A DNA stretch of 64,000 nt from the NCBI GenBank assembly GCA_963674705.1, contig OY771506.1, positions 4,160,001 through 4,224,000 on the forward strand, read 5' to 3'. The DNA is from Phycisphaeraceae bacterium (GTDB lineage: Bacteria > Planctomycetota > Phycisphaerae > Phycisphaerales > Phycisphaeraceae). The position numbers and the translations under genes were made by a program. Below the pieces are notes generated by a model. The model saw only the letters and a program-made list of their open reading frames with translations. It searched no databases and was not told the origin of the DNA. This document shows positions 10,880 to 20,500 of this stretch, one piece after another (positions within the stretch are counted from its first letter, which is position 1; every line of letters begins with the position of its first letter).

Positions 10880-11161
10880 GATTATGGCCTCACCAGGGCG
10901 AGCTGACTACCGTACAGATCACATGTGCAATGAGTATACATACTTACCTTCTATCCACAATTTTTATAAATGTAACCGCAATGTTGTCATCAGCGGATAT
11001 TTACGTATGAATCAAAGGCGGCATGCTATTGATCCGGTGGTGAGGTCGACGTCATCTGAATCAGAGCGATGTTGGTGGGGGGCGGTGTTTTGGCAGAACC
11101 TATAAACTATGTGTATATACAAACTCACATACCAGCTTAACAAGTTAACACATCCGAAATT

Positions 11162-11842
11162 ATGAACCGCTATCGCTTCCAATTTCTGCTGTTCACACTA
11201 TTTGTGATACTGCTTACGATGCCGATTATTGGCAGGCTGGGAGCGTTGAGCAGGTACGGCACAGCGTTTCTATTCTCATGGCTCTTGCTGGCGGCTGCGG
11301 TAAGTGTGTCGGAGCGGAAAGTGACAGGGATCGTTGCCGGAGGCTTGTTTAGCCTTACCCTCGTGCTGGAGATAGTCAGTCTGTTTCATGACACAAGCCT
11401 GCTGGTAATCGTACAGCACGGTATCTCAATGTTGTTCCTGAGCTTTGTGGTGGGCGTTGTTATTAAGGGCTTACTTCAAACAAAGCGTGTGACGGTCAAT
11501 ACGATCTGTGCGGCGTTGAGCGTCTACCTGCTACTTGCGGTGATCTGGGCCTACGCCTACTCGATGATCGTGGTGATCCGGCCTGAGTCTTTCGTGTTCA
11601 ACACACAGATGCTGGATGTCGAGACATCCATGTTCACAAAAAGTGATGGGGCCGTGATACCTCTGTACTACAGCCTGGTGACACTGACCACGCTGGGTTA
11701 CGGTGATATCGTGCCGGTTTCTCCCTATGCATGCATGCTGGCTGCGGTAGAGGCCGTGATTGGGCAATTCTTCCTCACGGTGCTGGTCGCGTGGCTGATG
11801 GGTTTGTTTATCTCAGAGTCACTGAAAAAGATCGATTCTTGA
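11162..11842 (+). CDS. Potassium channel family protein (Ion_trans_2)
   Basis: Multiple TM helices; pore signature YYSLVTLTTLGYGDIVP. Confidence 0.9.
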   Translation: MNRYRFQFLLFTLFVILLTMPIIGRLGALSRYGTAFLFSWLLLAAAVSVSERKVTGIVAGGLFSLTLVLEIVSLFHDTSLLVIVQHGISMLFLSFVVGVVIKGLLQTKRVTVNTICAALSVYLLLAVIWAYAYSMIVVIRPESFVFNTQMLDVETSMFTKSDGAVIPLYYSLVTLTTLGYGDIVPVSPYACMLAAVEAVIGQFFLTVLVAWLMGLFISESLKKIDS

Positions 11843-11890
11843 TTCGAATCAACCCAGGTGACGGTTAGTCATATGAGCTATTAACCTTGA

Positions 11891-14368
11891 TTACCCGGCG
11901 GCTTGCTGCAATGCATCGATGAGTTGGCCGGCGGTGTACCAGTCGGCTTTGAAAACAGCGGTGCCGTCGGGTGCATAGACAACCAACCAGGGGATGGTCA
12001 CAGAACCTGAATCCCAGAGCTTTTGTTTGCCGTCGGCATAGTTGCCGGTGAGGTCGACTTTCATCGCGACGTAACCTTTTTCCTTAAGTAGTGCGGAGAC
12101 ATCAGCGGAGTTCAGAACCGTTAATTCGAGTACGTGACAGTTCGCACACCAGTCTGCGGTAAAGTCGAGCATCACGACGTTGCCTTCAGCCAATGCTTTT
12201 TCCAGACGATCTGGGGTGTAGTAGACCCAGTTGATCGGCGCATCTTCTCCTGCAGACTCATGCGATAAAGAAGCGGCGCCGAAGCTGGCCAAAACAATCA
12301 TTACCAGTCCCATCGCTGTAAACGCACCTCGTTTGACGTATGAAGGTGTGATCTTATAGACACGATAGATAAGCCAGGCCCCGGCCACGGCGACGATAGC
12401 CCCGACCACCCACCAATGCCCCTTCGGTGCGGCTTCGGTACCATCTGACAGTAATCCGGATATGCCCGCGCCGATGAAGAATGCCGCTGCTGCGAGCATG
12501 AGCAGGCCCATGACTTGTTTAAGCAATTCACTGCCCGGGCCAGTTCGCGGCAAGGCATCTACCAGTTTGGGATTGGCTGAAAGAATGAAGTAAGGCAACG
12601 CCATGCCGAAGCCGATCGTGGCAAAGATCGTCAATGTAATGGCGGGTGGTTGTGAGGCGGCCCAAAACGCAGCCCCCCCCATGAGCGGTGCGGTACATGG
12701 CGTCGACAGCACGGCTGTCATGATGCCGAAGCCAAACGCGCCGCTGTAGCTGTCGTGCCGGGGATTAATCGCGTACACGAAGTTGGGCAGGCGGACAGAG
12801 AACAGCCCACACATGCCAATAGCAAGTATGGCGATGATGATGCCAACACTGATGGAAAACGCGGGATATTGAAAGAGTTGATTAGAGGCTGTGAAACCAC
12901 TGATGCTGGCGATTGCCACACCAAGCGCGAGCCAGAAAGCGACAACACCACCAGCCATGACGGTGCCCAACGCAAGCGTCTTGCGCCGATTGCCTGCGGT
13001 TTGCGCCAGCCCGAGTATCTTGATCGGGATCACAGGCAGAACGCATGGTGTGAAGTTCAATAATGCGCCACCGATTGCTGTCATCAACAGGACCAGAGCG
13101 AAACCGCCAGCGCTCGAAGAGTCTACCTTAAACAGACCAAAATCAACCTCGCTGGATGCCTGTGGTGAGTCTGGGGAATTGATATCAGGCTGCAACACAT
13201 CGCCAAATTGCTGGAAGCTAGATGCATCGAAGTCATCGAACAACTTGATAGGCCCCGGCGTTGTGGTTTCAACAGCATCCGGGGCGATAATCTCGACAGG
13301 AACCGGGACGGAAAGCGTGGTCGGGAAGTCGCAGGCCTTGTCATCACATGCCTGGTATTGGATGTTAACGGTCGCGTTGATCTTGCCGGGCTTGGTATCA
13401 CTAGCGATCTTTACAGGCAGATAGATGACGATTCGGCCATCGAAGACCGCGATCGGATCGGGCATGCCGCCCGCGGCGATTTGATGAGGCTCAGGGAATT
13501 GTGGTGAGCCAAAGGTGATAGATGGATCGTCGCTTTGTGTTGTGACTTCGGTGAATACCGGATCGAATTCGACCTCAACCGCTTGATCCGCGTCCGATGC
13601 GATGTGCCAATCGGGCTGTATATCGACGACCAAAGCGATAACACCCAAACCACCGGGGCGTAACTGGGACTTCTGCCAGAAGGCCTGGGCTTGTACTTTC
13701 GAGCCATCCGGGCTGGGCCAGGTTGGTTCGGGGATACCGGCGATAGCATCGAATGCTTTCGGGTCAAAGTTGTCAAAAAGAGGCGAAGGCTTGGTTGCTT
13801 CTACTCTAGTATCAGGACTGACTACATTCAGCGTGGCGGTTGTTATGACGGACTGCGGGAAGTCGCAGGTCATGTCGTCGCATGCCTGGTAGTCGACCTG
13901 GACGACAACTTCGACTTCACCCGGATCAACGTCATCGTTGACCGTGACAGGCAGATAGATCACGGGCCGGCCGTCGAAGACCGCGATCGGTTCGGGCATG
14001 CCGCCGACCTTGAGTTTGTGCGCTTCGGGATACTGTACCGGGCCAAAGGTGAGTTGAGGGTTATCCGATTTTACGACTATCTTAGTTGTATATGGCGTAA
14101 AGTCACCGGGCACAACCTGGGCATCGTCCGATGCGATGTGCCAGTTCTCCTGAATATCAAACACAACGGCAAGGACCGTTTGCCCGCCTGCTTTGGCTGT
14201 ATCGATCAGCCAGACTGTACTGACATGAACCTTGTCGCTCGCACCATCGTCGAGGCTTGTCACCATCTGGGCGGAAAGGTTACGGGCAAACAAAACAGCC
14301 ATTAACGAGAGTACCGCTGTCAATGTCGTGAGTATTTTTGCACGAATGAGCGGTTTTTTTATTGACAT
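11891..14368 (-). CDS. dsbD: Thiol:disulfide interchange protein, DsbD family, with two N-terminal alpha domains
   Basis: Two YQACDDxxCDFP domains; TM core FTPCVLP and STPCTAP; C-terminal thioredoxin DFTADWCANC. Confidence 0.85.
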   Translation of the reverse strand: MSIKKPLIRAKILTTLTAVLSLMAVLFARNLSAQMVTSLDDGASDKVHVSTVWLIDTAKAGGQTVLAVVFDIQENWHIASDDAQVVPGDFTPYTTKIVVKSDNPQLTFGPVQYPEAHKLKVGGMPEPIAVFDGRPVIYLPVTVNDDVDPGEVEVVVQVDYQACDDMTCDFPQSVITTATLNVVSPDTRVEATKPSPLFDNFDPKAFDAIAGIPEPTWPSPDGSKVQAQAFWQKSQLRPGGLGVIALVVDIQPDWHIASDADQAVEVEFDPVFTEVTTQSDDPSITFGSPQFPEPHQIAAGGMPDPIAVFDGRIVIYLPVKIASDTKPGKINATVNIQYQACDDKACDFPTTLSVPVPVEIIAPDAVETTTPGPIKLFDDFDASSFQQFGDVLQPDINSPDSPQASSEVDFGLFKVDSSSAGGFALVLLMTAIGGALLNFTPCVLPVIPIKILGLAQTAGNRRKTLALGTVMAGGVVAFWLALGVAIASISGFTASNQLFQYPAFSISVGIIIAILAIGMCGLFSVRLPNFVYAINPRHDSYSGAFGFGIMTAVLSTPCTAPLMGGAAFWAASQPPAITLTIFATIGFGMALPYFILSANPKLVDALPRTGPGSELLKQVMGLLMLAAAAFFIGAGISGLLSDGTEAAPKGHWWVVGAIVAVAGAWLIYRVYKITPSYVKRGAFTAMGLVMIVLASFGAASLSHESAGEDAPINWVYYTPDRLEKALAEGNVVMLDFTADWCANCHVLELTVLNSADVSALLKEKGYVAMKVDLTGNYADGKQKLWDSGSVTIPWLVVYAPDGTAVFKADWYTAGQLIDALQQAAG

Positions 14369-14476
14369 CAGATCACCTGAAAAGAAACCGATTGATACAA
14401 GAACCAGAGCGCTATTGTATTAACTCTGCAAGACCTAAGTCGCCTAAAAGATTATACGAAGTCGGTTATCAAAACG

Positions 14477-14505
14477 GCCCACCCGGAGAATCCTCACGGG
14501 TGGGC
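14477..14505 (-). terminator. Stem-loop between tlpA and dsbD
   Basis: GCCCACCCG...CGGGTGGGC, followed by a short T run on the minus strand. Confidence 0.5.
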
Positions 14506-14579
14506 ACTGTATGTAACCATTCCGGGCCGGCTCAATATTCCATGCCGTATGAGCCGTATGGATTGCTCCACGGTTGAAA

Positions 14580-16256
14580 CTAGCTGACGGCCTGGTATTC
14601 AGCGATGGCCTTCTCCAGATGCTCATCCACATCGCTGGGATGCCCGCGCCAAAGCACTTCGCCTTCGGGTGAGAGGATGTAGATGGTTGGGATACCACTG
14701 ACACCAAATTTTCTGGTGATTACGCGGTCGCCATCGTAATGCTGGGGCCAGTCCATCCCCTTGTCGGCGACGGTTTTCTTGAGTGTGTCTTCCGATCGAT
14801 CGAGGCTGATACCTACGACCTGCACACCCTTGTCGGCATACTTCTTGTTGAGTTCGATCATGTGGGGCATGGATGCCATGCAGGGGCCACACCAGGTCGC
14901 CCAGAAGTCCATAACAACGATCTTACCCTTGAGGTCTTCATTCGTAATGGTGGAGCCATCTGTGTAATTGAGTGTGAACTGCGGCTTGGCGCCGGGGTCC
15001 AGCAGCACGCGCTTCTCGACAGGTTCCTTGGGGGCCGGCATCGGCTTGATCGTCGCGGCGGGGATAACTGTGGGCGTCGTTGTTATAGCCGGAGTCTTGG
15101 TTACCATGGGAACAGACTTGGGCTGACCATCATCCTTCTTGGCAAAGGCTTCCGCGGTCAGCGAATCATCGGCAAGGATCTTCGCCAGAGGTTCATCCAT
15201 GTTGGCCGGATGACCAGCCCAGAGGTACTCACCAGTGCGAGAGAAGATGAATATCTGTGGGATACCGGTGACGTTGAACTTCTTGGAAATCGAGGCGTCC
15301 GCATCGTAGACATGCTTCCAAGGCATGCCGATCTTTTCCTTGGTTGCCCGGAGCGTTTCGAGATCGCGGTCACGGCTCATACCGATGACTTCGACGCCGT
15401 CGGCCTCGTGGTGCTTGGCGTATAGCTCTTTCATGTGAGGCATGGAAGCCATGCAGGGACCGCACCAGGTCGCCCAGAAGTCCATGATGACGACTTTGCC
15501 TTCGAGGGATTCGACGCTGATCTTGTTGCCTTCGATGTCTGTCAGATCCAGTTCACCCAGCGGGTGGGAGCCGGGCTTGTAAGCGGCGGCGGCCTGAGCT
15601 TCGGCGTCGGCACGGGCCTTGGCCATGGCTTCTTCGCGTGCCTTGAGGGCTGCTTCAGCCTGAGCCATGTACTCGGCATCCTTCTTGGCGTCATACGCGG
15701 TCGGCACATACTGCTTCAAAGCTGCCTGCAACGGTTCATCCATGCCCATCGGATGCCCAACGTAGAGTGCCGTGCCATCCGGGGCGATGACAAGCACGGT
15801 CGGGATCATCCCGACGTTCCAGGCTTTGTTGATGTTGCGATCACCGTCGAATACCTGCGTCCAGGTCATGTCGTTGTCCTGGATACCTTTCTTAAGGGTT
15901 TCCAGGTCTTTATCCATGCTGACGCTGATGAATTCGATGTCATCGTGGTCGCCATAAGTTGCGACGAGGTCTTTGAAGTGCGGCAGCGCCTGCATGCAAG
16001 GGACACACCAAGTCGCCCAGACGTCGACGACCACGAGTTTGCCCTTGAGGGATTCGTTCGTGACTTGCTTACCATCGACAGTGGTAAAGTCGATGTAGGG
16101 GGTGTCGCCCTTGGCGAGGAACTTGAGGATCTTGTAGTCGTTGTTCGGATCGAGACGGACTTCGGCGTTGGCGTACGGCGTGACATAAGCACTTACTGCC
16201 AGAGCGATGCCGGCGGTGATGAATGCAAGTCGTTTTGTGATGCGAGGCATGCTCAT
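14580..16256 (-). CDS. Secreted protein with three tandem TlpA/ResA-like thioredoxin domains
   Basis: Signal peptide; WATWCVPC, WATWCGPC and WATWCGPC, each followed by a cis-Pro loop (MIPT/GIPQ/GIPT). Confidence 0.92.
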   Translation of the reverse strand: MSMPRITKRLAFITAGIALAVSAYVTPYANAEVRLDPNNDYKILKFLAKGDTPYIDFTTVDGKQVTNESLKGKLVVVDVWATWCVPCMQALPHFKDLVATYGDHDDIEFISVSMDKDLETLKKGIQDNDMTWTQVFDGDRNINKAWNVGMIPTVLVIAPDGTALYVGHPMGMDEPLQAALKQYVPTAYDAKKDAEYMAQAEAALKAREEAMAKARADAEAQAAAAYKPGSHPLGELDLTDIEGNKISVESLEGKVVIMDFWATWCGPCMASMPHMKELYAKHHEADGVEVIGMSRDRDLETLRATKEKIGMPWKHVYDADASISKKFNVTGIPQIFIFSRTGEYLWAGHPANMDEPLAKILADDSLTAEAFAKKDDGQPKSVPMVTKTPAITTTPTVIPAATIKPMPAPKEPVEKRVLLDPGAKPQFTLNYTDGSTITNEDLKGKIVVMDFWATWCGPCMASMPHMIELNKKYADKGVQVVGISLDRSEDTLKKTVADKGMDWPQHYDGDRVITRKFGVSGIPTIYILSPEGEVLWRGHPSDVDEHLEKAIAEYQAVS

Positions 16257-16678
16257 AGATGTATATCCTTATGGTGTCTGGATTCGGATGGTGACCTGAT
16301 CTTATGTCTGTCACGAGCAGGTATCTGGTGTTATCTGATTGTTACGCCCGGGCGGCTCTAAGGTTCGCCACATTCTAACCATTTTGTTGGCGACAGATAC
16401 TTTATACTTCATCATAATCGATAAGATGCTTTCCATTTGTTCACTTACCGTACTGGCAGAATTTGCCGGTTAGCTGATACCGGGTTCTCATTTACAATAC
16501 GGCCCCCGATAGGGATTGGCCGCAAGCAATTTAGAGCACAAATCTGTCTTCAGTTTGTCGCCACATGCACGACGCCAGCGATCTCGCAAACCAACATGAA
16601 TTCCCTTGATAGGGAACTTTAGATGGGCTAATGTTATTCCTACTGGACCCTTATTCCATATATTGATCGGAACTGCGT

Positions 16679-19597
16679 ATGAAACCGTATACCAAGCTCC
16701 ATGCCGCTGTTTTGGCCTTTCTCGCTATAGCGGCATGTTTCGTCAGCGCCCCCGCCTTGGCAGGCTACAAGCTCGTCTCCGCCGCCAGTCCTGACGATCC
16801 GATGGGGGTCTGGATCTATCGCTTGGATAACGGGCTGAAGGTGTACCTGAGCGAGAACCATGAGTCACCACGCTTCTACTCCGAGATCGTTGTACGAGCG
16901 GGCCACAAGCAGGACCCCGCCGACAATACCGGCCTGGCACATTACCTCGAGCACATGCTGTTCAAAGGTAACCAGCACATCGGCACGCTGAACTACGAAA
17001 AAGAGCAGCCGCATATGGATCGGATCACGGAACTGTATGAACAGCGATTCCATGAAACAGACCCTGCCAAGCGTGAAGCGATCTACAAACTGATCAACGA
17101 TGAAACTCAGGCGGCGTCAGAATTCGTCATACCCAACGAGTTCAGCGATGTTTACAAGGAACTGGGTGCCAGCGACCTGAACGCTCACACCTGGTTCGAA
17201 GAGACGGTCTACAAGGTGGGGCTGCCCGCCAATCGGCTACAGCAGTGGTGTATGATCGAATCGGACCGATACATCAACCCGGTTTTCCGCTTGTTCGTAA
17301 CCGAATTGGAAGTTGTCTATGAAGAGAAAAACCGGGCCTTGGACAACAAGGACCGGGTCGTCTTCGAGGCGATGATGCGTGACCTTTTCAAGGTGCATCC
17401 CTACGGCCAACAGACCACGCTCGGTGAGGTGGAACACCTGAAAAATCCTTCCCTCAAAGCGGTCCGCGAGTATTACGATACCTATTACGTTCCGAACAAT
17501 ATGGCGGTGATCATTTCCGGGGACATTAACCCAAGCGAAACGATCAAGTTGATTGATCAGTACTTCTCCCAATGGCAGGCCAGGGAACTGCCGGAGCCGA
17601 AGGTTTATGAAGAAGCTCCGTTGACCGATCGTGAGCAGATCACGGTCGATTTTGATGCAGAGCCTTACCTGCTGATGGGTTACCGCATCCCCGGGCGAAA
17701 TCACGAGGATGCGGACGCGCTGCGGCTGATGGATATGGTGCTCGCCAACAGCACGGCCGGGCTGATCGACCTGAACATGGTGCAGAATCAGAAGGTCCAG
17801 ACGGCGGGTGCTTCACCGTTTCTTCAGAATGACTATGGCTGGGAAATCTTCTGGGCCACGCCCAAGGAAGACCAGATACTCGAAGATGCCGAAGACCTGC
17901 TCCACGAGCAGATCGAAATGCTCAAACAGGGGGAGTTTGACGAGTCGCTGCTTTCGGGAATCATCGCTCGGTTCAAGATCGATGAGGAAAAATCGATGGA
18001 GTCCGACACGGGGCGCGTGGCGAAGATCCGCAACTCCTTCGTAGCCGGGCAGGACTGGTCCCACACGGTGGCTCAACTCGATCGCATGTCCAAACTCACG
18101 AAAGAGGATGTCGTACGTGTGGCGAACAAGTACTTCAGTGATGGCTTTGTCGTGGTGTACCGTATGAAGGGACAGCACGAGGTACCCGAAATCACCAAAC
18201 CTAAGATCGACCCTATCCCGATCGATCCGACGCGTAAATCAGCGTATGCCGAGCAGGTGCTAAGCATGCCGGTGGCGCCGATCGAGCCGACTTACATCGT
18301 GGAAGGTAAAGATTACACCGTCACCGAATTCGCCCCGGGTGTAGAGCTGGTCTACACCCCGAATCCGATGAACGATCTGTTTGCATTGAGCTTCGTCTTC
18401 GACAAGGGGTCACGACACGACAAGAGCCTGGAGATTGCAACGCGGCTGTTCAATCAGGCCGGCACTTCTCGGCTTAGCTCGGAAGAATTGAAAAAAGCCT
18501 GGTTCGCTTTGGGTACGGAAATGAGTTTCAGCACCGGGGCAAACCGCTGCGGGATCTCGATCGCGGGCCTGGACGAAAACCTGGAGGCATCCTTAGCGTT
18601 ATTGATTGAAGTGATTTCCGATCCTGTAGCGGACGAACAGATTCTCAAGGACATGGTCGAGAACACGATCACCCGCCGTGTGCAGGACAAACAATCGCAC
18701 CAGACCATCGCGTATGCGATCCGTGAGTTGAGCCGATACGGCGAACAGTCGAATTATCGGGATGTACTCAGTGATGAAGAACTGCGTGCACTTAAAGTGA
18801 ATGAACTGTTAGGCAAAGCCCGCTCCCTGATGGGGATGAAACACACCATCCGATACACCGGTTCACTGCCTATCGAACAGGTGACGGCGGTGCTGCAATC
18901 TCAACATGCGGTCGCGGGAGATCTGGAAGAACCACCCGCTTATATCTTGCGTGAGATGCGTGTGCCGGAGAATAATGAAGTACGTTTTTTCGATAAGCAG
19001 ATGGCACAATCGCTGATATATGTTGATATGCCCGGGGATTTCTACGATGAATCACTCGTGCCGATGGCTAATCTTTTTAATGGTTACTTCGGCGGCATGG
19101 GTGGCGTGGCGTACCAGGAATTGCGCGAATCGCGTGCCTTGGCGTATGTGGTCGGTGGGGGGTATTACACGCCATCTCGCCCCGATGCCCGTAACCAGAC
19201 GATCGGGATGATCGGCTGCCAAGTAGATAAAACCAGCGAGGCATCAAAAGGATTGGCAGGCCTGTTTAACGACATGCCGATGACCGAGGACCGTTTTGAT
19301 ACGGCAAGGACCGCATTAATCAACAGCTATCGCACGTCCAAGATAGGCTTCCGTGGCGTGGCTTCAACGGTTGATGAATGGAAACAGCTTGGGCTTGACG
19401 GCGATCCGCGTGCAGCGCGATTTGAAGCCATCCAGAACGCTAACATCGATACCTTGGCCGCGTTCTACCAGGCTGCTATCAAGGGCCGCCCGATGTATAT
19501 CACCGTGGTAGGCGACAAGGAAAAGATCGACCTTGATCAATTAAAGGAATTGGGCGAGGTAACGGAAGTCAGCCTGGACGATCTGTTCGCTTATTGA
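16679..19597 (+). CDS. Secreted M16 (insulinase) family zinc peptidase
   Basis: Signal peptide; LDNGLKVYL, inverted zinc motif GLAHYLEHMLFKG, LNAHT, ELRESRALAY. Confidence 0.93.
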   Translation: MKPYTKLHAAVLAFLAIAACFVSAPALAGYKLVSAASPDDPMGVWIYRLDNGLKVYLSENHESPRFYSEIVVRAGHKQDPADNTGLAHYLEHMLFKGNQHIGTLNYEKEQPHMDRITELYEQRFHETDPAKREAIYKLINDETQAASEFVIPNEFSDVYKELGASDLNAHTWFEETVYKVGLPANRLQQWCMIESDRYINPVFRLFVTELEVVYEEKNRALDNKDRVVFEAMMRDLFKVHPYGQQTTLGEVEHLKNPSLKAVREYYDTYYVPNNMAVIISGDINPSETIKLIDQYFSQWQARELPEPKVYEEAPLTDREQITVDFDAEPYLLMGYRIPGRNHEDADALRLMDMVLANSTAGLIDLNMVQNQKVQTAGASPFLQNDYGWEIFWATPKEDQILEDAEDLLHEQIEMLKQGEFDESLLSGIIARFKIDEEKSMESDTGRVAKIRNSFVAGQDWSHTVAQLDRMSKLTKEDVVRVANKYFSDGFVVVYRMKGQHEVPEITKPKIDPIPIDPTRKSAYAEQVLSMPVAPIEPTYIVEGKDYTVTEFAPGVELVYTPNPMNDLFALSFVFDKGSRHDKSLEIATRLFNQAGTSRLSSEELKKAWFALGTEMSFSTGANRCGISIAGLDENLEASLALLIEVISDPVADEQILKDMVENTITRRVQDKQSHQTIAYAIRELSRYGEQSNYRDVLSDEELRALKVNELLGKARSLMGMKHTIRYTGSLPIEQVTAVLQSQHAVAGDLEEPPAYILREMRVPENNEVRFFDKQMAQSLIYVDMPGDFYDESLVPMANLFNGYFGGMGGVAYQELRESRALAYVVGGGYYTPSRPDARNQTIGMIGCQVDKTSEASKGLAGLFNDMPMTEDRFDTARTALINSYRTSKIGFRGVASTVDEWKQLGLDGDPRAARFEAIQNANIDTLAAFYQAAIKGRPMYITVVGDKEKIDLDQLKELGEVTEVSLDDLFAY

Positions 19598-19648
19598 TCG
19601 ACCACTGGTCTCACCGTTACAAATCGTTTTACATCAGCACCATAAATT

Positions 19649-19678
19649 AACAAGGGGAGCTTTCGCTCCCCTTGTTTT
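19649..19678. terminator. Bidirectional intrinsic terminator
   Basis: AACAAGGGGAGC-TTTC-GCTCCCCTTGTT between convergent genes. Confidence 0.85.
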
Positions 19679-19707
19679 CATTTGCTCTTGTAGCTGATGC
19701 GAGACGA

Positions 19708-20397
19708 TCAGCGACGGCGGAACATCGCCAGGCCACCCAGACCGAACAGCGCCAGCGAGGCGGGTTCGGGAATTGCCACGTTAATCCCCGAAGCGGGGCG
19801 TGTGAAGTTACCGGGACCAATCAGGCCGGTGGGCAGATTGTTCTTTTCCCAAGCAACAGCAGGATCGCTGGCAAGTGCGATATCACCGGCAACCGGTGCG
19901 CTTGGCGTGCTGGAAAGGCTGAAGAGGTCTTCACCAGCAGCGTTACGCGGATTGCTGCCATCAGCGCCAATGCCTAAATAGTAGATGCCGTTGCCAGAAA
20001 GCCAGCTGGAATCAATTGCCGTGCTGGCACCTGCACCGAGTACACCTGCGATCGCGTTGCCGGAGGCATCGAAGAGGACCAGGCTGTGGCCACCACTCGT
20101 CCAAGCCGAAAAGTTAGCGGCATCTGTGACGTTGATCTGGAACAAGTCGGCGTCGTTGGACCAGAGCTTGGGCTGGATCGCACCGACTGTGCTGTCAGCT
20201 ACCACCTCAGCGCCGGCAACGGTTCGGCCGTACATGTCCCACGCAGCGAAGAAACCGGTCTCGCCGTTATCTTCCAGAGCGCCTGCCGGGATCGAAAAAA
20301 TCCCAGCATCTTCGAAGAAGGTCCCGGCCGACGCCGGCACCGCGGCCGTACCTAGAACGAGAACACCCGCCACAAACAGACTCTTACCCATTTTCAT
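19708..20397 (-). CDS. Short PEP-CTERM protein, PPC/DVUA0089-like domain, no dockerin
   Basis: SD AAGGAG before ATG 20397; DLFQINV...LVLFDASG...GIYYLGI; IPEPASLAL...RRR. Confidence 0.8.
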   Translation of the reverse strand: MKMGKSLFVAGVLVLGTAAVPASAGTFFEDAGIFSIPAGALEDNGETGFFAAWDMYGRTVAGAEVVADSTVGAIQPKLWSNDADLFQINVTDAANFSAWTSGGHSLVLFDASGNAIAGVLGAGASTAIDSSWLSGNGIYYLGIGADGSNPRNAAGEDLFSLSSTPSAPVAGDIALASDPAVAWEKNNLPTGLIGPGNFTRPASGINVAIPEPASLALFGLGGLAMFRRR

Positions 20398-20500
20398 CTT
20401 TCTCTCCTTCCAAAGGAACAATAAATATTACACAAAGCCCTTATAAACAAACTATCAAGCTACCTGTCCAACGAGGACAGTAAGAACTACGTGTTGAACT

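Noticed and set aside
11891..16256. Cytochrome c maturation operon
   Set aside because: No ccm/ccs heme-handling genes or CxxCH proteins were seen nearby.
15435..16361. 308-aa plus-strand ORF and similar long antisense ORFs (e.g. 8268-8957, 35129-35944, 38163-38837)
   Set aside because: Shadows of well-supported genes on the opposite strand, expected from GC-rich codon bias; no recognisable motifs.
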